Positions 1 to 8,018 of a stretch of DNA of 64,000 bases are shown piece by piece. The translations under genes were made by a program, and so were the position numbers. Numbering within the stretch: position 1 is the stretch's first letter; every line of letters starts with the position of its first letter. This stretch comes from an archaeon (lineage in GTDB: Archaea > Nanobdellota > Nanobdellia > Pacearchaeales > GW2011-AR1), in the NCBI GenBank assembly GCA_043810775.1, contig JBDRNU010000007.1, positions 5,050 through 69,049 of the forward strand. The letters are read 5' to 3'. The notes beneath the pieces were generated by a model, which saw only the letters and a program-made list of their open reading frames with translations, did no database searches and was not told the DNA's origin.

Positions 1-768
1 AAGTTTATTGCTCGCTTGGTCATAAATAGTGATTTTAAAGCTAACATTCTCCCCAGGCTTTAAAGTCTGGGTATTCATTGCAATTTCTAATCCGCTGGCA
101 GTCTGCCTTAAATTTATTCCTGTGCTTGCTGAGCCTTGGTTGGCTATTTCTCCGTCAATTTTTTCATAAGCCCTAATATTTATAATATAATTTCCTGAGC
201 TGAGAGTTTTTGGCAGTGAAAAATTCGCTTGGAAATTTCCACCAGTAACAGATCTTGTTATCTTTATGTCGCTATTTTCAACCACTATCTCAACAAATCC
301 TTCTAAAGGCTGCCCATTAGCTTTTATTGCAGTTCCCTTGACAACTGTCTGAGTTCCTGCAGTTATTTCTATGCTGTCAAGATTAGCCACAACATCAATT
401 TTATCACTAATTAAAAAAGAAGAAGTTGCATCAAAGTCATCTTTATATCTTGCTTCAATATTACAGCTTCCTTTGATGTCTCCTAAAAAAGACTTTGATA
501 AAGATAATCCAATATCAATTGTCTCTTCACTTCCTGCACTAAGAGTTAAAGGAAGAACATAAAATTCCTTGCTTTTATTTTCACATACTAAAGTTAGCCT
601 TAAAATATCATCAGTAGTGCTTAAAGCTTTTACAGCAACATTAAGCTCAATATTATCTCCAAGACTATACAAAGAGTCAGGTTGAGAAAGCATAACTTCT
701 GCAGCTGCCGAATAAACTAATAATGCTATTAATACTGCCGTGAAAATAAAAATAATTGATTTCCCCAT
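1..768 (-). CDS. Secreted or surface-anchored protein, N-terminal 256 codons (gene continues beyond window start)
   Basis: Not in the ORF track because it is open at the window edge. Hand translation of the reverse strand from ATG 768-766 runs without a stop to base 1 (MGKSIIFIFTAVLIALLVYSAAAEV...KPGENVSFKITIYDQASNKL). Hydrophobic N-terminal signal/anchor, then a beta-rich repetitive body. Confidence 0.7.
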   Translation of the reverse strand, partial: MGKSIIFIFTAVLIALLVYSAAAEVMLSQPDSLYSLGDNIELNVAVKALSTTDDILRLTLVCENKSKEFYVLPLTLSAGSEETIDIGLSLSKSFLGDIKGSCNIEARYKDDFDATSSFLISDKIDVVANLDSIEITAGTQTVVKGTAIKANGQPLEGFVEIVVENSDIKITRSVTGGNFQANFSLPKTLSSGNYIINIRAYEKIDGEIANQGSASTGINLRQTASGLEIAMNTQTLKPGENVSFKITIYDQASNKL

Positions 769-840
769 TTTTATCTTATGTGATTAATAGATATTCGTAG
801 CTATTTAAAGTTTTTCAAAGCATAATTTTATAAATACTCA

Positions 841-1986
841 GTGATAAAAATATCTATGTCAAGAGGTTTTAAAGTAACGCCTTATGAGGTTCAAGGAGAG
901 GTTGATTATGGAAAACTGATTAAACAGTTTGGGGTTTCTAAATTAGATGATAAAACTCTTAAAAGAATTGAGAAACACGCTGGAGAGATGCACTTATTTT
1001 TAAGGAGGGGGGTATTTTTTGCACATAGAGACTTAAACTGGCTTTTAGATGAATATGAAAAAGGTAATAAGTTCTTTCTTTATACTGGTAGAGCCTCATC
1101 AAAAGGTAGTAAGGTCCATATAGGCCACTTAATGCCCTGGATGATGTGCAAGTGGCTGCAAGAAAAGTTTGATGTTGATTTCTGGTTTCAGTTTCCAGAT
1201 GAGGAAAAATTCCTGTATAAACAAGATGTAACCTTAGAAGACACAGAAAAAGCAACAAGAGAAGATATGCTTGATGTTATTGCTCTTGGTTTTGATTCAA
1301 AAAAGACAAATTTTCTAATTGACACTAAACACGCGGGAATTATGTATCCAGAAGCTTGCAAAGTCGCCAAAAAAATAACTTTCTCAACTATCAAAGCCAG
1401 TTTTGGATTTAATGATACTAATAATATAGGGAGCATTTTTTATACCGCAATGCAGGCTGTTCCTGCCTTTCTTCCATCTGTATTAAAAGGAAAGAAAATT
1501 CCCTGTTTAATTCCTTTAGGAATTGATCAAGATACTCATTTTAGAATATCAAGGGATGTTATGCCTAAATTAGGGCATTATAAACCAGCGATTATTCATA
1601 ATGTTTTTCTGCCACCATTAACAGGAATTGGAGGTAAGATGGCTGCTTCAGGAGCAGTTGATGCTTCAATTTGGACTACAGATACAGAAAAAGAAGTTGA
1701 AAGAAAAATAAAAAAATATGCTTTCTCAGGAGGGCAAGCCACTATTGAGGAGCACAGGAAAAAGGGAGGCAACCCAGATATTGATGTCTCTTTCCAGTAT
1801 TTGAGGATGTTTTTCGAGCCTTCTGACCAGAAGCTGGCCAAGATTTACCAAGATTACAAGTCTGGAAAAATGCTTACTTCTGAATTAAAGGAGATTTTAA
1901 TAGAAAAAGTAAACGCATTTCTTAAGGAACATCAGAAAAAAAGAAAATTAGCAGAAAAACAGATTGATAAATTTATATTTAAATGA
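841..1986 (+). CDS. trpS: Tryptophanyl-tRNA synthetase (archaeal/eukaryal type)
   Basis: 381 aa. Class I HIGH-type motif (KVHIGHLMPW) and KMSKS-type loop (GGKMAASG). Length and layout fit archaeal TrpRS. GTG start at 841; alternative ATG at 856. Confidence 0.92.
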   Translation: MIKISMSRGFKVTPYEVQGEVDYGKLIKQFGVSKLDDKTLKRIEKHAGEMHLFLRRGVFFAHRDLNWLLDEYEKGNKFFLYTGRASSKGSKVHIGHLMPWMMCKWLQEKFDVDFWFQFPDEEKFLYKQDVTLEDTEKATREDMLDVIALGFDSKKTNFLIDTKHAGIMYPEACKVAKKITFSTIKASFGFNDTNNIGSIFYTAMQAVPAFLPSVLKGKKIPCLIPLGIDQDTHFRISRDVMPKLGHYKPAIIHNVFLPPLTGIGGKMAASGAVDASIWTTDTEKEVERKIKKYAFSGGQATIEEHRKKGGNPDIDVSFQYLRMFFEPSDQKLAKIYQDYKSGKMLTSELKEILIEKVNAFLKEHQKKRKLAEKQIDKFIFK

Positions 1987-1993
1987 TTAAAGC

Positions 1994-2154
1994 TTGATTA
2001 TCTATTAACTAACTCCTGTAGGAAGTTAATGCGTTGTGCTGATAAGCACGACAGTTGGCAACCTCCTAAACCGCAAAAATGCGTGTTCATTCTTGCATTT
2101 TTGGGGCACAGAGTAGCGAAACATCAGTGAGCTACTCTGTTGGGTTGATTATCT
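1994..2154. repeat. Exact 10-nt direct repeat TTGATTATCT (1994-2003 and 2145-2154) bracketing a GC-enriched hairpin-rich spacer
   Basis: Both copies read directly from the sequence. The second copy contains the stop codon of the 2149..3156 gene. Confidence 0.6.
2010..2140. ncRNA. Candidate structured RNA or bidirectional terminator module (four consecutive hairpins)
   Basis: Four hairpins: 2010-2016/2021-2028 (loop TGTA), 2033-2040/2045-2052 (loop GATA), 2071-2082/2095-2106 (11 of 12 bp, A5/T5 core) and 2108-2117/2131-2140 (10 bp). By hand count about 48% G+C, against a much more AT-rich surround. Lies between convergent trpS and the KaiC-like gene. Confidence 0.35.
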
Positions 2155-3156
2155 GATTTTTCCGTCAACAGCCACTTTTCCACCAACATGCACTCCTGCT
2201 TTAGTAATTTCAAATGAAAATATTTCAGTTGAATGGTTAGTTCCCCTCATTTTAAGCACCTCAATTAATCTTCTTCTCCTGTTTTTTAGCCTTATAAAAT
2301 AAAGCAGAATAATACTGTCAGCTTCAAACTCCAAGCTTGTTGAAGAGCCCTCTTCCCTATATACTGGGTCTTCTTGCAAAGTCAATAAAGAGGTGCACTC
2401 CCAATTCCTTATTATATCAAATAATTGCAGAGCCGCCTCTCTTTTTGTCAGCTCATCCTTAAAAAGCAAAGCAAAACTAGAAACAGAGTCAATTACAAGT
2501 CTTGTAATTTTATGCTTTAAAATTATGCTTTCTACAGTGCCTCCCCCCTCTTCAAGCATGACTCTTATTTTTTCAGGAGAATACTCTAAAAATACAAATT
2601 TCCCTTCTTTCTCTAGTTTATCCAAGTCCCAGCCAAATTTAAGCATATTCCTAAAGAACTCTTCCTTTTTTTCTTCAAAAGTAATGTACAAGCAATTTTC
2701 ATTATTTTTTATACCTTCAATTAAAAATTGCATTGCAAAAATAGTTTTTCCGCCTCCACTATTTCCCACAACTAGATTCACAGAATTTTCTTCAAATCCT
2801 CCCCCAATAATCCTGTCAAATCCATGAATGCCAGAAGGAACTCTTCGCAATTTAACAGGTTTATTTTCCTTAATTTTTTTCCCAGATTTTTTGCTTTTAA
2901 CCTCTTTTTTAACAGGCCTTTCAGCAAACTTAAAAGCAGTATCAATATCCTTTCCATCCCACTCTTTAGCCAGCAGTGCTTTCTTAATGTCACTCTTGCT
3001 GTAACCTTTAGCTAAAGCATCTTTAATATAAGGGACTAGCTGGTTGTTGCTTCCAGATCCGGAACTTTTTTTCGCTCTTTTTACCCTGGATTTGGAGCTC
3101 TTTTTAGGTTTAGTTTTAGAACTCTTTTTATGAGATTTCTTTTTCCCCTTTTTCAT
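2149..3156 (-). CDS. Single-domain KaiC/RecA-superfamily ATPase, FlaH-like, with lysine-rich N-terminal tail
   Basis: 335 aa. Walker A GNSGGGKT, Walker B-like RLVIDSVS, and KaiC-family C-terminal signature LIEVLKMRGTNHS...FEITKAGV. N-terminus is MKKGKKKSHKKSSKTKPKK... Sits in the type IV filament locus. Confidence 0.8.
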   Translation of the reverse strand: MKKGKKKSHKKSSKTKPKKSSKSRVKRAKKSSGSGSNNQLVPYIKDALAKGYSKSDIKKALLAKEWDGKDIDTAFKFAERPVKKEVKSKKSGKKIKENKPVKLRRVPSGIHGFDRIIGGGFEENSVNLVVGNSGGGKTIFAMQFLIEGIKNNENCLYITFEEKKEEFFRNMLKFGWDLDKLEKEGKFVFLEYSPEKIRVMLEEGGGTVESIILKHKITRLVIDSVSSFALLFKDELTKREAALQLFDIIRNWECTSLLTLQEDPVYREEGSSTSLEFEADSIILLYFIRLKNRRRRLIEVLKMRGTNHSTEIFSFEITKAGVHVGGKVAVDGKIR

Positions 3157-3178
3157 AGTATACTAAAAAAGAATTAGC

Positions 3179-3192
3179 TTATAAACCTTACT
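3179..3192 (-). promoter_or_regulatory. Putative BRE/TATA promoter element (minus strand AGTAAGGTTTATAA) for the KaiC-like gene
   Basis: TATA core centred about 26 nt upstream of ATG 3156, consistent with a leaderless mRNA. An identical 14-mer recurs at 7569-7582. Confidence 0.4.
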
Positions 3193-4198
3193 TTACCATT
3201 GAAAAACTTGAAGCTACAAACTTGAATAAGACAGTTCTTATCATGAAGAATATTGCCAGGCTTAATGCTAGCATTGGCAGCAAATATCTTAAGCCCTCTT
3301 TTTCATCACCTTTATTTACAAGCCCTATTATTAAACTAGCTAGCACATCTGTGATAATCATAAATATTACTGAAAACCAGATAATAAAACTAATTGAAAT
3401 ATCAAGAGCATTAAACTGGAAAGGAGTCTTCACAGAAGTGGCAGCAGTTGTAGCTGTTTCAGGAAAGCTTCCTATTATCTCAATTATTACCTGCACAAGA
3501 ATAGAGCTTAAGCCAAATAATATTGGAGCTCCGATTGAAGCTGCAAAGAAAATAAATATTACATACATCACAATATTTGAAGCAGCTCTTTTCTCAATAA
3601 ACTCTTTTTCACGCATATTGTTTGCGGTTTCTTCAAGCAAAGTGGAAATATTTCCTCCAGCTTTTATTCCAGAAATAATAAGCATAATAGTCTTGTGGAT
3701 TTTTTCTGAACCTATTCTTTTTGACATATCCATCATTGCACTTCCAACATCTTTTCCAGTAGTAACATCTCTTCCAGCTTTGCTCATTTCTTGGTCCAAA
3801 GGGGCAAATTCAGGTCTGGCTGAAAGCAAAAAAGCCCTGTCAATAGTCAAGCCAGCTCTTAAATTACTAGACATAAGCTGCACTACATCTGGAAATATAA
3901 ATTCCATTTTCTTGATTCTTGCGTCAGCTTGCAAGAAAACTTTAAAGTAAAAGAAAACATTTATTAAAATATAACTTACAAAAAAAGTTAAAATTACATT
4001 TATGAATAAGTTTCCCTCAAATACAGCCCTCCCAATAATATCAAGCAAAAATATCAGGCTTGAAATTACTAAAGAAATTAGCAGGCTTCCAACAATTAGG
4101 TTTGACTGGTATCTTTCAGGATTTTCTATTCCAGCTTTTGTGCTAAGACTAAGTAATTTATTCCTAAAGATTCTTGGATAAATTTTAAGAATTTTCAT
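3188..4198 (-). CDS. Type IV filament membrane platform protein, FlaJ/TadC-like half-size paralog 2
   Basis: 336 aa polytopic membrane protein. GspF/FlaJ-like soluble helical domain (LRAGLTIDRAFLLSARPEFAPLDQEMSKAGRDVTTGKDV...GGNISTLLEETA) flanked by TM helices. 4-nt ATGA overlap with the upstream paralog. Confidence 0.65.
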   Translation of the reverse strand: MKILKIYPRIFRNKLLSLSTKAGIENPERYQSNLIVGSLLISLVISSLIFLLDIIGRAVFEGNLFINVILTFFVSYILINVFFYFKVFLQADARIKKMEFIFPDVVQLMSSNLRAGLTIDRAFLLSARPEFAPLDQEMSKAGRDVTTGKDVGSAMMDMSKRIGSEKIHKTIMLIISGIKAGGNISTLLEETANNMREKEFIEKRAASNIVMYVIFIFFAASIGAPILFGLSSILVQVIIEIIGSFPETATTAATSVKTPFQFNALDISISFIIWFSVIFMIITDVLASLIIGLVNKGDEKEGLRYLLPMLALSLAIFFMIRTVLFKFVASSFSMVK

Positions 4199-5088
4199 AA
4201 CAAGCTTGGCCTCCTTGATTTTATAATTCCTAAAAACATTATTTGTATTATCGTAACTATGGCGAGAATACCAATATACATTAATTTCAACATCTTGCTT
4301 TCCATACCCACCATTGATGCAATAATAGTTAGGAATGTCAGCCCCAGTGCCGGAACAATAACCCCTATAAGCAGATAGAACATAACCATGGGATTTAGCT
4401 TGCTTCCATAACTCTGTATTTGTATTGCCTGTTCTTTAGTCATATGGTCAATGCTGTCTTTTATAACCATACTCATGTCACTTCCTGACCTCATTCCATT
4501 GCTTATCTGCCAGACTATTCTTCTAAAATAAACAGAAACATTTTCATTGCCAATTTTATCCAAAACCTCTATTTGTGGCTTTCCAGCACTTATCTCTTTT
4601 ACAGCTTTTTTAAATTCAGAACTTAACTGTCCGTAGTCTGAGCTTGCAATGTTGCTGATTATCTGGAACATTGGAACCCCAGAACTTAGTTGAACCTGAA
4701 TGTCTTGGAGTGAAGGAATAATATTTTTTTCTATGTCTTTAATTTTTTTAAATGAATATATTCTCGGATACATCATTTGGCTTAAAAGTATGAAAAAAGA
4801 AAAAATAATTGCAATGCCTATGCCATAATAATAAAAGTATCTTGTTTTAAGAATAAGAAATAATATAGAAGCGAAAACAGTGGAAAAAATCAAAAAGAAA
4901 ATTACAAAGCTTCTTATAACTAAAGCTATAAATTCCTGTTTATTAAAATCAGATTCAGAATATCTGAGATATTTTTCTAAATTACGAAAAGAGCCTCTTC
5001 TTGCTTTTACAAATCTTAAGTAAGGTTTTGTCTTTCTTCTTAAAATTTCACTGCTTGAGAAAGTATATGGGACTTTAAATTTCTTCAT
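4195..5088 (-). CDS. Type IV filament membrane platform protein, FlaJ/TadB-like half-size paralog 1
   Basis: 297 aa with TM helices flanking a GspF/FlaJ-like soluble domain (LSSGVPMFQIISNIASSDYGQLSSEFKKAVKEISAGKPQIEVL). Immediately downstream of the FlaI-like ATPase gene. Confidence 0.65.
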   Translation of the reverse strand: MKKFKVPYTFSSSEILRRKTKPYLRFVKARRGSFRNLEKYLRYSESDFNKQEFIALVIRSFVIFFLIFSTVFASILFLILKTRYFYYYGIGIAIIFSFFILLSQMMYPRIYSFKKIKDIEKNIIPSLQDIQVQLSSGVPMFQIISNIASSDYGQLSSEFKKAVKEISAGKPQIEVLDKIGNENVSVYFRRIVWQISNGMRSGSDMSMVIKDSIDHMTKEQAIQIQSYGSKLNPMVMFYLLIGVIVPALGLTFLTIIASMVGMESKMLKLMYIGILAIVTIIQIMFLGIIKSRRPSLL

Positions 5089-5100
5089 TTGTTTCTAGGA

Positions 5101-7068
5101 TTATTTTTTCTTTTTTCTTAATTTTGATTTCTTTTTTATTGGAGCAGATTTCACTAAATCTTTATCCTCTTTTATTGAGGTTTTTTCTTCAGTTGTGATC
5201 GGAGACTTGGATTTAATTTCTTCGAATCTGTTGTGTTTAATAATTTCAAAAAGCCTTTCTCGATTAGTATAGTATAGGCTCATAACTTTTCCCATTTCAT
5301 TAAGGCTTCTTATTCTGTTTTTAATAAGCCATTCCAAGATATCTTTTTTCTCTTTAAGATAGCTGTTTATCTCGCTTTGTGACATTCCAGTATGCCTGTT
5401 TAATTCCTCATAAAAAGAAAGGCTTTCGCTATGCTTCAAAATCTGGTCTTTTTCAGGTACATACCTATACAATATATTAGGATTAGCATCATCTTTAGTT
5501 ACAATAAATTCAGCAACCTGAAATACTCTTCTAACCCCTTTTCTTCTGTCTCTGAACATCACTATATTTAAGTTTACTGCTTTCAATAAATTAACAGGCA
5601 CGTTTATTGGTGGATGAGTAAGCCTATTTATAGTTTCTCCAGCAGTATCTGCATGTACAGTTGCATAAACTGAATGTCCGGTATGCATTGCCTCAAATAA
5701 TACTTCAGCCTCTTTCTGCCTTCTCATTTCTCCAAGAACTATCCTGTCAGGCCTCATTCTCAAGCTATTTACAAGAAGATCTAGCATAGAAACCTCTCCT
5801 TTGCCTTCTGGATTAGGGGTTCTCGTAACAAGAGGGCACCAGTATAAGAAATTAGGGAGCATTAGCTCACGAGTATCCTCAATGCTGATAATCCTGTGGT
5901 TTGGTGGAATAAAAGGCATGCACGCATTTAAAAATACTGTTTTTCCTGAAGCAGTTCCTCCAGAAATTAGGACATTCATCTCATACTCCACTGCAAGCCA
6001 TAATAATGCAGCTACATCAAGACTTACTGTACTATTCATAATTAAATCAATCATAGTCCAAGGGTCTCGTGCAAATTTTCTCAATGTAATTGTATTTCCT
6101 TTTGTGGCTATTGGATACAATACAGCATTTGCTCTGTCCCCAGTAACTATGTGGGCATCAAGAAGTGGTGAAAGTATGTTAATCTGCCTCCCAACTCTTC
6201 TTGCAATAATATTTGCATAATTATTTATCTCTTCTTCTCTTCGTATTCTTACATTACTTGAAAGCCATCCATATTTTTTGTGATAAACTCTAATTGGTTC
6301 AGTTTCACTTACAACTACTATTTCCTCCAAATTAGGGTCATTAATTAAGAATTCCATTTTACCTAATCCAAGCATTTCCTGCATCAGAGTGCCAATAAGA
6401 AAATCTTTGGTTTTATCCTCAATATGCGGGACTTTATCTGTAATAATTTTTGATGCCTCTTCCATAAATCTTTTCTTCATCTTAATAATTGCTTCCTGGT
6501 CCACTGTCTCCCCAATCGCAATTGCAGTAACTGCTACAAGCTCATTCCTTATATCATCAAGCAAGGCCCTTGTACCAATTTCAATTGTTGGCATGTAAAG
6601 ATTATAGCTTAGTCCTTCCAATCCCCTCTCAATACTAATAGTAATATTAGCTTTGTCAACTGAAACATTATAGGTTTCAACTACATCTTTCCTAACTACC
6701 TTCTCAACAACTGCTTTTTTCTTCAGTAGCTTTTTAGGTACTCCCAATTTTTTTACTTTAGAGTTTTCAGCTGAATCGCCAACTAGCTTAAATGCATCTT
6801 CAATTTCTTTAGAAGGCCACCCCCTTTCTAAAAGAGCTCTCCTCAAGTTTTCTTTTTTATAACCCTGTTTAAGAGCTTTTCTTAAATGTGGGATTAAATT
6901 AGCTGCATGACTAGACACACTTTTACTTTTTTTTGCCCTTACTTTTCTTACTGAGCTTTTTTTCACTCTTTTCGGCTTTACTGTCTTTGCTCTTTTCTGG
7001 CTCTTTTTCTTTAACCTCTTTTTCTGCAGCTTTTTCATCTTCATCCTCTTTTTCTTCTTTTTCTTCAT
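5101..7068 (-). CDS. FlaI/TadA/VirB11-family type IV filament assembly ATPase with lysine-rich N-terminal extension
   Basis: 655 aa. Walker A SGGTASGKT, Asp box IISIEDTREL, Walker B RPDRIVLGEMR, His box TGHSVYATVHA. N-terminal MKKKKKKRMKMKK... tail. The 5' 146 nt overlap the upstream ORF. Confidence 0.9.
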   Translation of the reverse strand: MKKKKKKRMKMKKLQKKRLKKKSQKRAKTVKPKRVKKSSVRKVRAKKSKSVSSHAANLIPHLRKALKQGYKKENLRRALLERGWPSKEIEDAFKLVGDSAENSKVKKLGVPKKLLKKKAVVEKVVRKDVVETYNVSVDKANITISIERGLEGLSYNLYMPTIEIGTRALLDDIRNELVAVTAIAIGETVDQEAIIKMKKRFMEEASKIITDKVPHIEDKTKDFLIGTLMQEMLGLGKMEFLINDPNLEEIVVVSETEPIRVYHKKYGWLSSNVRIRREEEINNYANIIARRVGRQINILSPLLDAHIVTGDRANAVLYPIATKGNTITLRKFARDPWTMIDLIMNSTVSLDVAALLWLAVEYEMNVLISGGTASGKTVFLNACMPFIPPNHRIISIEDTRELMLPNFLYWCPLVTRTPNPEGKGEVSMLDLLVNSLRMRPDRIVLGEMRRQKEAEVLFEAMHTGHSVYATVHADTAGETINRLTHPPINVPVNLLKAVNLNIVMFRDRRKGVRRVFQVAEFIVTKDDANPNILYRYVPEKDQILKHSESLSFYEELNRHTGMSQSEINSYLKEKKDILEWLIKNRIRSLNEMGKVMSLYYTNRERLFEIIKHNRFEEIKSKSPITTEEKTSIKEDKDLVKSAPIKKKSKLRKKKK

Positions 7069-7531
7069 ATAATTCTACCTCTGGTTCCGAAAACGCAGGG
7101 TAATTTATCAATGCAAGATTATGATCTTCAAGTATTCTCATCCACTCAAGTGCCCTTTCCCTGTCAATATTAAAAATTTCAGCTACAACAGAAACTCTTA
7201 ATTTTTTACCATCTTTTAACAAGCTGTAAAGAAGGTCAATATCTGTTCCTGCCTTGCCTTTTCTTTTTTCAAGACTAGAATAACTTATTTGTATTTTTTC
7301 AGTTTTAGTTTTTTTAAGATGCCTGACATAAGCAAAATAAACAATAAGGAGAATTATTAACCATTGTGCTATAAATGCAATTTTTGAAAAATCAAGCGCA
7401 CCCTCAAAATCTTCACCAATTGCAAGTCCAGTAAATGAAAAAGCACCTGTCAAATATAAAAAAATATTTATGACAGCTAATAGAATCACTATTCCAATCA
7501 CAATCACAAATCCCCTTTTTTCTCCTTCCAT
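6923..7531 (-). CDS. Membrane protein with C-terminal winged-helix-like domain and acidic/lysine tail (first gene of the ATPase operon)
   Basis: 202 aa. Two N-terminal hydrophobic helices. wHTH-like segment (DIDLLYSLLKDGKKLRVSVVAEIFNIDRERALEWMRILEDHNL). E/K-rich tail. Confidence 0.6.
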   Translation of the reverse strand: MEGEKRGFVIVIGIVILLAVINIFLYLTGAFSFTGLAIGEDFEGALDFSKIAFIAQWLIILLIVYFAYVRHLKKTKTEKIQISYSSLEKRKGKAGTDIDLLYSLLKDGKKLRVSVVAEIFNIDRERALEWMRILEDHNLALINYPAFSEPEVELYEEKEEKEDEDEKAAEKEVKEKEPEKSKDSKAEKSEKKLSKKSKGKKK

Positions 7532-7568
7532 TTTGATAATGTTTATAAACTTATTATCATATCTAATT

Positions 7569-7582
7569 TTATAAACCTTACT
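7569..7582. promoter_or_regulatory. Second copy of the 14-mer TTATAAACCTTACT in the 72-bp divergent promoter region of the filament locus
   Basis: Exact match to 3179-3192. Contains the palindromic TATA core TTTATAAA. Lies between the divergent starts 7531 (-) and 7604 (+). Confidence 0.4.
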
Positions 7583-7603
7583 GTATAAAAAGAGGAGTAT
7601 TCC

Positions 7604-8017
7604 ATGTTTGTTAAAAGATCACAAAGTAGCGTAGAGTATCTTATTGTTATAGGATTTGTCACTTTTGCAGTAATGTCAATTCTTGTTGTGGCTTTCTACT
7701 ATTCAGGTGTTGCAAGGGACAGAATAAGAGTTAATCAACTGGAAATTTTCTCGCAGAAAATCATAAATTCAGCAGAAGCAGTCTTTTTTGCTGGTGAACC
7801 TTCAAAATCAACGTTTTCAATATATGTTCCAGAAGGAGTATATAGTATATCTATACCTGAAAATGATTATTATCTAGTTGTAAGTATGTCGACAAGTTCT
7901 GGGCAGATAGTAAGAGCTTTTGACTCAAAAGTGCCTATTAATGGTACAATTTCTGCATCAAACGGAATAAAGACTATAGTAATGGAAGCTCACGAAAATT
8001 ATGTACAGATAAACTAA
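7604..8017 (+). CDS. Pilin-like protein with class III (prepilin-type) signal peptide
   Basis: N-terminus MFVKRSQSSVEYLIVIGFVTFAVMSILVVAF: basic stretch, small residue + Q, conserved E, then a hydrophobic helix. GAGGAG Shine-Dalgarno-like element upstream. Confidence 0.7.
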   Translation: MFVKRSQSSVEYLIVIGFVTFAVMSILVVAFYYSGVARDRIRVNQLEIFSQKIINSAEAVFFAGEPSKSTFSIYVPEGVYSISIPENDYYLVVSMSTSSGQIVRAFDSKVPINGTISASNGIKTIVMEAHENYVQIN

Positions 8018-8018
8018 T

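Noticed and set aside
371-562. 63-aa plus-strand ORF
   Set aside because: It is antisense to the edge-truncated 256-codon minus-strand ORF (1..768), which has a signal peptide and a clean start.
2010-2140. 5S rRNA, suggested by GGAAGTTAATGC resembling the conserved GGAAGTTAAGC of 5S helix III/loop C
   Set aside because: The surrounding sequence cannot form helix I (the ends are direct repeats, not complementary). Loop C would shrink to a tetraloop. The other conserved 5S features were not found.
2393-3015. Plus-strand ORFs 2393..2827 and 2824..3015, and minus-frame ORF 2778..2993
   Set aside because: These are shadow ORFs inside the well-supported KaiC-like gene. Their S/F/L-rich translations carry no motifs.
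3222-3950. 242-aa plus-strand ORF
   Set aside because: It lies entirely antisense to the FlaJ-like membrane protein gene. Its hydrophobic, low-complexity translation is the typical mirror image of a TM-rich gene in AT-rich DNA. It has no independent start context.
5801-6598. Plus-strand ORFs 5801..6220 and 6389..6598
   Set aside because: They are antisense to the FlaI-like ATPase gene, whose frame carries all the conserved ATPase boxes.
6916-6918. GTG at 6918-6916 as the true start of the FlaI-like ATPase (this would abolish the 146-nt overlap)
   Set aside because: This is not fully rejected. It is disfavoured because the KaiC-like protein shows the same lysine-tail-plus-module architecture without any overlap, arguing that the tail is translated.
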